Positions 49,795-64,000 of a DNA stretch of 64,000 nucleotides are shown piece by piece. The notes under the pieces are model-generated. The model ran no database searches, was not told where the DNA came from, and saw only the letters and a program-made list of their open reading frames with translations. The DNA is from Phaeosaccion multiseriatum. Lineage: Eukaryota; Protista; Ochrophyta, other classes. The stretch is taken from positions 992,001 through 1,056,000 of the forward strand of contig OZ218958.1 of NCBI GenBank assembly GCA_965112735.1, written 5' to 3'. Each line of letters opens with the position of its first letter. The first letter of the stretch is position 1. Position numbers and translations under genes: made by a program.

Positions 49795-50199
49795 GAGAGA
49801 GTTCGACAGAGAGGAAAAGGACAAGCCCCCTCCCTTTTCAAGCAGTGGGGAGAAGCCCGATTGGACAACAGCAGAGGGAAAAGAAAGGGCTACAATGATG
49901 CTCGTATCACCAACTGCTGCTGCTTCTTTCGGGGATCCGCGATGCGCTGTTCGCTATTTGATGTTCACAGGGCAGCACGACTGACCACTTCCTACCATAC
50001 CAACACACAAAGGCACTCAAGTTCTTGTTCTCCGGTGACAGGCTTTCGACTCTGGACAGAGCGTGTTTGTCAATCGAAAGGGGGGAGGGAAGTGGAAGAC
50101 GTCTCCAACAAGGCTGGGACCACATCGAAAGCAGCAAGAGGCCAGAGACAGGGAGGAGCGAGACCAAAAACCCCTGATTCTCACAGGTGAAGGCCTACA

Positions 50200-50778
50200 A
50201 TGTTGGCGGGAATGATCCGCCGAAGGGCGGCCAGCCTCATGCCTTCTGCGGTGAGCAGGAAGACAACAGGGTTTCCCCTTTCACCTCCGGTCGGGGGCGC
50301 GGGCTTGACATCCCTACGAGACGCGGTATCAGCAGCGTCTGGCGGAGGAGGGAGGTATAGAAAGGGAGCGGTGCGGTGCATGTGCGGGTACCAGGTCCCC
50401 CACCACCAGCAGCAGCGGCATAGGAACGCTCTTCCACGTCGAGGGTATTCGACCTCTCTCTCCTGCCTCGCTGGTGCAGCAGATGCCGATGCTGCTGGAG
50501 GCATGGTAACACACACAACGCCTCCGAAAAAGTCAAGCGCAAGCGGTGATGGGCTCGTCGAGAGAGGAGATGGAGGGGAAACGGTAGGTCTCGTGGGCGA
50601 GGTACCCACCGAGAAGGAGGGGGGGGCGGAGGAGGACGACGACGACGAAGAGATGGAGGACATGTTCGTACAGGGGCCTGCTGGCATGGAGTGGAACGGG
50701 CCTACCCGTGGGGGAAGAAGACCTGAGCCCACGCGATACGGGGACTGGGAGCGAGACGGCCGGTGCTCCGACTTTTAG
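50200..50778 (+). CDS. SDHAF4: Succinate dehydrogenase assembly factor 4 (Sdh8/DUF1674), mitochondrial
   Basis: C-terminal signature EWNGP.....PEPTRYGDWERDGRCSDF; Arg/Ser-rich N-terminus. Confidence 0.92.
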   Translation: MLAGMIRRRAASLMPSAVSRKTTGFPLSPPVGGAGLTSLRDAVSAASGGGGRYRKGAVRCMCGYQVPHHQQQRHRNALPRRGYSTSLSCLAGAADADAAGGMVTHTTPPKKSSASGDGLVERGDGGETVGLVGEVPTEKEGGAEEDDDDEEMEDMFVQGPAGMEWNGPTRGGRRPEPTRYGDWERDGRCSDF

Positions 50779-51615
50779 CTGATGGAAGTGAGTCACGTCA
50801 GTCAGCAGTGGAAAGATGGGTTGACTGGGGCCCTCACCCTTCATCGACTTCTTTCTCTTCGATATTTTGGGACACAGAAGGATGGCTCTGCAAGCACCCG
50901 CTCCCGCAGCAGCAGCAGCAGCAGCAGCAGCACGCGCAGCATCCGTGTGAGCATGAGCACGTGAGCATGAGCACCAGCAGCCGCGGCGGAGGTCATCTCT
51001 CCTCCTGAGTGGCGGGTATGGCCCGTGCAAGGGTGGCGCTGGCTGGGTGCCAGTCAGAACAGTCGGTGTGGGTGATGTGCTGTGTGCGGCATCTGATTGA
51101 AAGATGTACTCTTACTCTTTTGGTAAGTAGAAGACATGGTGGGCCAGGGAGTGCCGCGACTGATGAGGGGGGCAGGGTACAAGGATATCCCGAGGAGGAG
51201 GAGGAGGAGGAGGAGGAGGAGGAGGAGGAGGAGGAGGAGGAGGAGGAGGAGGAGGAGGAGGAGGAGGAGGAGGAGGAGAGGACAACAATGGTTGCTGTGC
51301 CTTTGCCTTGCTTGGCGGACAAACAGGTCAAGATAGGGCACGTATATCGTCTCACATCGTACGTGATCAACTCAAAACTCAAAAAGTACTAGTGCTTCGT
51401 AGTATTATACGCGAGGGCCCATCTTGCGAGATGTAAGGCGGCCGCTTGTATCAATACACTTGGCCTCTTCCCCCCCCCCCCTCGACCCCGCTCGGTTCTC
51501 CACTCTTCCCCATAACCCCCTCCCTTGTGCTGCGGCTTCCGCGCAAAGCCAGTGCCATAGTGCCATGGAGCAGTCGAGCAGTCAAACCAAATGGACCGAA
51601 AGTCAAATTTTAGAG

Positions 51616-58644
<7,029 letters not shown>

Positions 58645-58950
58645 GGCGAGATTGCGTAGGCCTTAGTTACCTCCTACCTACCTACCCACCTACCTACCTA
58701 CCTACCTACCTACCTACATACCCACCTTCCTACCTACCAACCTACCTACCCACCTATCTTCACAAAATCGCCCCCGCTTACTGTACAGTCACCCTTGTGG
58801 TGACGACACTGACAACTCTGCAAGCCCTGAACCCCTCTGCGCCCCATCAGCACTGCCATTCAAGCGGCAGGCAGTCAGTGCCCCATCAGCCTCTGCCGTA
58901 GCCTGTGTCCCATCCTCTCCCCCTTTCCTCCCCTCCTGTTCCAGCACAGG

Positions 58951-61900
58951 TCAAGGGTCGCGCCCCTTCTCCTCCTCGAATCCGCCGTCATCATGAGCAG
59001 CAGCAGAGGTAATAGTAGTGGTGAATGGGCCACCTCCCTCCTCCGCCTCCTCCTCCTCCCCCTCCAAGGGTGCGGTGTAGTGCCAGTACTCCGGCCAATC
59101 CAACTCGCGACATACCACGTAGGCTCTGTCCGCCCACGCCCACACCTCCTCTTCTGTCAAGCTCCCCGCCACACGCTTCAACGCCTTCTCCTCCTCTCCC
59201 TCCCCCCCCTCCTCCTCCTCCTTCCCGGACTCTGCCTCTGCTCGGATGAGCGTGAGCACCACATCAGGAGGGACGCATCGTAGATCAACGTCGCGTGGGG
59301 TCGTAATTCCCAACCTGTCCAGCAACACCAGCACGTCGCCATTCCTCACCTCCTTCGCGTCGTCGTCATTACCACCCATAGTACTCGCTTCTCCTCCTCC
59401 TCCTCCTCCTCCTCCTCCTCCTCCTCCAATCACATAGTCCATCAGCCTCCCCAGCAAGCTCGCCTGCGCGTCATTCACCAACTCCACCACCTCCGTCTGC
59501 GGCACCTGCACCGCTCTGCTCAATGCCGCCGCCGCAGGGGCACTCTGACAGGCCGCTAGCTTCAGCAGTGTATCAATGCCCTGCCTACGGAAGAGGTCGG
59601 CCCTTTCCGGCCCTCCCTCGAGCACTTCTTCCATCTCCTCTCTGTCCTTGCTTGTGGCAGGGGCGGTGGCAGAGAAGCGCCTACGCACCTCCTGCCGAAT
59701 CTCCTCTCGAATCTCCGGCCGAATCTCCTCGGCTTTTTGCTCCTCGCCTTCATTCTCACCTCCACCACCACCACCACCTCCTCCTCCTCCACCCCCGGCA
59801 GCAGCACTCGCACCTGAGCTACCAGTCGCATTGCCCTCCGAAGCCGCGGGCGCCGCTGCCAGCCTCGCCACCGCCACTCGCGCTCGCTCTCGAACCATAT
59901 CCAGCAGCGCCTGTTGAGCGCCATCTGCTCCTTCTCCCCCACTCGCTTCCAGCGCTCTCCCTCCTTCATCCGGTGGCAATTGCTGCTGCTGCCCGTCCTC
60001 TTCAACCCCTCCGCTCTTCATCATCTTCTCAGTCTCCTCGCTCTCCTTCGCCTTGGAGCTCTTCTCCCTCATCCTCGCGGTCAGGTAGGTCCAGTCCAAT
60101 GTGGGACAGAGCTGCTGCAACCCCACAGCGATGTCACCTCCGTAGAGTTTCACGAGTGACCAAAAGATTCTCGGAGAGCTACAATAGCGCCGAGGGGAAA
60201 GAGTGAGACAAAGAGACAATCAACGCCGATCAGGAGAGAGAGAAGAGAGAGAAGGATAGAAGAGAGAGAGACAGACAGAGAGACAGTCAGAGAGGGAGAA
60301 GAGAGAGAAGGAGAGAAGAGAGAGAGACAGACAGAGAGACAGTCAGAGAGGGAGAGGGAGAAGAGAGAGAAGGAGAGAAGAGACAGATCGAGAGAGAAGA
60401 GAGAAATAGGAGACAGAGACCTCAGCCCTCACCTCGTGGCGATATTGTGCGGCCTCAGCAGCTCCTTGCCCTCGTGAATGTCTCTCAGGTCTTCCCCCTC
60501 CCCCCTTTGGCTGTACATTAGCCCCACAATGGCCCTCAGCTCCTCTTCAGTCACCAAGTCCACCTCCTCCTCAAAGTTGGTGCGCTGCCCGCCCCCCTTA
60601 GGGAACACCACATTCATGCGCGTCGCCAGGCCTGTGCCCAGCTCCCTCGCTTGGGCGCACTCGGTGATGACCGCCGTTCCAGCCAGCCCCGCAGCCACTG
60701 AGCGAAAAAGGACACCACCAGTGTGAGTTTCGATTTCAAAGAGGATCTTCCACTCCCACTCCACCCGCCTCTCCTTCTCCTACTCGTCGTCCCCCTTCCC
60801 TGTTCTCTCTCCCTCCCTTCTTTCCTTCCTTCTTTCCTTCCTTCCTTCCCTCCTTCCTTCCTTCCTCTCTCCCTCCCTCCCTCCCTCCCTCCCTTCCTCC
60901 CTCCCTCCCTCCCTCCCTCCCTCCCTCCCTCCCTCCCTCCCTCCCTCCCTCCCTCCCTCCCTCCCTCCCTCCCTCCCTCACCTCTGGCGTCGGCCTTGGA
61001 TTGGTCGTACTGCTTGTCCACTGCCCTGCGGTACACACTGCGGAAGAACTTTCCCTTGCTGCCCCCCCCTCCCCCCCCGCCTACGGCATCCAGAAGAGCG
61101 TAGCTGATGTCTTCCTCCCCTCCAAACGTCATATGCGTCCTCCGCCGCTTCGCCCCCGCCCCTGACCCTGATCCTGCCGTGCCAGCAGCATCACCTCCTG
61201 CTCCTCCTGCTCCTCCTGCTCCTCCTCCCGCCGCTGATCTACCTGTCTTGGAAGCTGGCCGTTTCACCCCCCCCCCACCCCGTCCCGAACCCGAGCTGCT
61301 GCCGGAACCGGAGAGCGTGAAGATACCTGTCTTCTTCTTCGGTGGGGCCTTAGCCTTGCCCTTACCCTGAGCCATGCCCTTGGTAGGGCTGTTACCACTC
61401 AGCGTTGCCACAGAGTCCGCACCAGCTGCTGCGGCCCCTCGTGTGGAGGCCTTGCCCTTCCCCTTCCTGCTACTCGGAGCGGCACTCGCATCTGCAGGGA
61501 CGGGTGACGGGGGTGGGCAGAGTTGACAGTAAGTAGAGCACCGGTAAGCGAGGGGGGAGGGGGAGGGGGGGGGGGGCAGGGCACTAGGACCGGGGGAACG
61601 AGAAAGGCTGCCACACGCAAAGGCGCCGGGAAAGAGTTCAGGTTTTGGGGCCAAAGCAAAGGCTTTGAGTGCGTGATTCACGCCCCAGTCCGCTGTCACT
61701 GACGAATAAAATTCCTCGAATGAAAATGCCCACCAACCTTACCTTGAGGATTGCTACCTCCGACGTTGGCCCTCTGAATCGTCAGTGTCTCGTTGTTGCC
61801 CATGCCGGTCTTCAGTGGAGCGTCGTCTGCGATGACCACGGGTCTGGCGTAGGGCGAGGAAGAGGTCAAGGCGGGAAGAAAGGAGAAGGTGGGGAGGAGT

Positions 61901-62295
61901 TGGGTGGGTAGGTGAGGCAGAGATGAGTAAACATAGTCAGCGGCAAGCGGGAAGGCGCAGGGTCAAAGGAGCGAGAGAGGGAGGGAGGGCGAGGGATACA
62001 TAGATAGAGAGGAGTGGCATGGACGGAGAGAGGCACAGGCACACGAATTCAAAAACCCCACAATCTACACCTCCCTCCCTTCCGTATTGACCACGTACTT
62101 CGGCGGGAAGCCGCACAGGATCTGTGCCGTCTCCGCCTCCTTCTTGTTCATCCCCAGCTCCTTCCACATCAACTTCTTGAAATCCTGAAAGGAGGAGTCG
62201 CCGTCAAAGCCATGATTGGCCGTAGTGAGTGAGTGCGTTGACATCTTGCCACCCTTGGAGGTGGCCTTGACGCGGAGGCGCCACTCGCTGCTCAT
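58951..62295 (-). CDS. Hypothetical protein with an N-terminal ubiquitin-like (OTU1/YOD1 UBX-like) domain, multi-exon
   Basis: Spliced exons 1-2 read WRLRVKAT...QILCGFPPK|PVVIADDAPLKTGMGNNETLTIQR, resembling the YOD1 N-terminus (WRLRCK..ILVGYPP..GD.LIVE); later exons FFRSVYRRAVDKQY, LLRPHNIA, SPRIFWSL..LCPTLDW; no OTU catalytic motif seen. Confidence 0.65.
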
Positions 62296-62465
62296 CCTGT
62301 CTCTTTCCTCGGCAAGGTCTGTACTCTCCTTCTTTTGCTTTAAAACATGTTAGCTCCACGCCCTCCTTTCCTGTCAGCAGCTGGTCCTACAGCTGCTGCC
62401 ACCCCCTTCGCTTCCCTCTTTTTATCTCTCCCTTCCTCCTCTTTTCCTCTTTTTCCTCGGATCCT

Positions 62466-62523
62466 TGTATAAATTACACCCTTAAGTGCCATCTATGGTT
62501 GTCTAAAAGTAATGCGAGTAATG
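62466..62523 (-). mobile_element. 58-bp retrotransposon 3'-tip insertion with 8-bp TSD CGGATCCT
   Basis: Contains ATTACACCCTTAAGTGCCATCTATGGTTGTCTAAAAGTAATG as at 45479-45520; TSD at 62458-62465 and 62524-62531; single-copy empty site at 34559-34566. Confidence 0.85.
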
Positions 62524-62743
62524 CGGATCCTCGTAGGGCCTGTTGGTGCTTCAATGCAGTATTCACAGCCCGACTTCGATTTGCGGATGTTGCGCATCCT
62601 TGAAGAGCTTTGAACGCGAATACGCAGGACTTGAGCCATCTTTCACCTCAACTTCTCCTCTACAGCCGCTGACTGCTGTCAACTATCATCGCTCTCAGTA
62701 CCGGGCCCCCGCCTTTTTTTCTTTCCCCCCAAAGGGAAGAGCA

Positions 62744-64000
62744 ATGAAACGCCGCGCTCGGTAGCAGGGAGAGGCGGGAGAGGCGGGGAGGATGATATCT
62801 CACAGTCCCCAGCAGCAGAGCGCCGCTGGTCCCTCTACTGCGTGCACCGTCCAAGCTGGGGACAGCAGGAGCCAGACTGTAGCGGCCTGGGGTGTTCTCG
62901 ATACCGTACTGCGGAGCAAGGAACTTTGGGGTGTCAGCCGGGCCCTCGACGAGGTGACATCACGCACTCTCGTGCTGAATTCCGCTGTGCCCGCCCCTGT
63001 CCAACAGCGTATGCTCGGTCTCCTCCGGTGGCAGCAGCGGGAAGAGGAGAAGCACACTCGTTTATCACAATCTCTAGCGGCAGAGGTGGGGGCCATTGGT
63101 AGCGGAGAGGGAGTGGGAGGCCTGGGGGGAGGCAAACCGAGACGCACGCTCGGCATTGCAGCTGTGCGCCTGGGCCCCAGCAGGAGCTACTTTCATGGTC
63201 TCGATCTGGCCTCCGCTGACGAAGCTCTGGTCACGAAGGCGTTGGCGCTATTACCGGCATCGGTCAAGCGTGTGTGTTTCTCGGACGATTTCAACCAAGG
63301 TAACATCACGTTACCAAGAACCGTGGAGGAGGTGCAGATGGGGGGGGGCTTCAATCTCCCTTTGGATCTCCCCGCCTCGCTGAAGAAGATCAGATTTGGC
63401 TTGTTCTCGCAGTTCAATCAGCACGTGGTCCTTCCTTGCGGTGTGGAGCAGGTGGAGATGGGGTGTGACTTTAACCTCCCTCTGTGGATCTCCCCGCTTC
63501 GCTGAAGAAGATCAAATTTGGCGGAAGTTTCAATCAGCACGTGGTCCTTCCTTGCGGTGTGGAGGAGGTGGAGATGGGGTGTGACTTTAACCTCCCTCTG
63601 GATCTCCCCGCTTCGCTGAAGAAGATCAAATTTGGCAGAAGTTTCCATCAGCACATGGTCCTTCCTTGCGGTGTGGAGGAGGTGGTGATGGGGCGGGCTT
63701 TTAACCTCCCTTTGGAGCTGCCTGCCTCGCTGAAGAAGATCGAATTTGGCGTAAGTTTCAATCAGCGCGTGGTCCTTCCTTGCGGTGTGGAGGAGGTGCA
63801 CATGGGTGGGGACTTTAACCTCCCTCTGGCCCTGCCTGCCTCGCTGAAGAAGATCAAATTTCGCGGTTTCAATCAGCACGTGGTCCTTCCTTGCGGTGTG
63901 GAGGAGGTGCAGATGGGGTGGCACTTTAACCTCCCTCTGGAGCTGCCTGCCTCGCTGAAGAAGATCACATTTGGCGGGAAATTCAATCAGCACGTGGTCC
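62744..64000 (+). pseudogene. FNIP/LRR-like repeat gene copy 3, 3'-partial; stop at codon 7 and a 2-bp frameshift near 63484
   Basis: MKRRAR* then in-frame MISHSPQQQ...; CCTCTGTGGATCTC versus normal CCTCTGGATCTC; repeats continue open in the shifted frame to the window end. Confidence 0.8.

Overview
Eukaryotic, intron-rich, microsatellite-laden genomic DNA. A stramenopile/ochrophyte alga is my inference from gene content and intron style. Housekeeping genes in order: 3' part of a CBP/p300-like acetyltransferase (+), PPAN/Ssf1 (-), a TMEM87/GPR107-type 7TM protein (+), a DUF1189-like membrane protein (-), WDR1/AIP1 (+), a TPR + prolyl-4-hydroxylase (-), SDHAF4 (+), class I fumarate hydratase (-), and an unknown protein with an N-terminal ubiquitin-like domain (-). 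Overlaid on this is a dynamic accessory region built around three intronless FNIP/LRR-like repeat genes. Their 38-aa units have a near-invariant framework and a few hypervariable positions, as expected of a diversifying recognition receptor family. The copies spread by DNA-level duplication that dragged along fragments of neighbouring genes. One copy is cut by a ~230-bp-arm hairpin insertion and another is frameshifted. Their upstream regions carry 5'-truncated copies, with clear target-site duplications, of an RLE-type non-LTR retrotransposon. Also notable: a 23-bp G-rich intronic satellite shared between genes, complementary repeats at intron ends, and a recurrent TGTATCACCAAC(TGC)n motif. 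All exon calls and family assignments were made by eye; no database searches were run.
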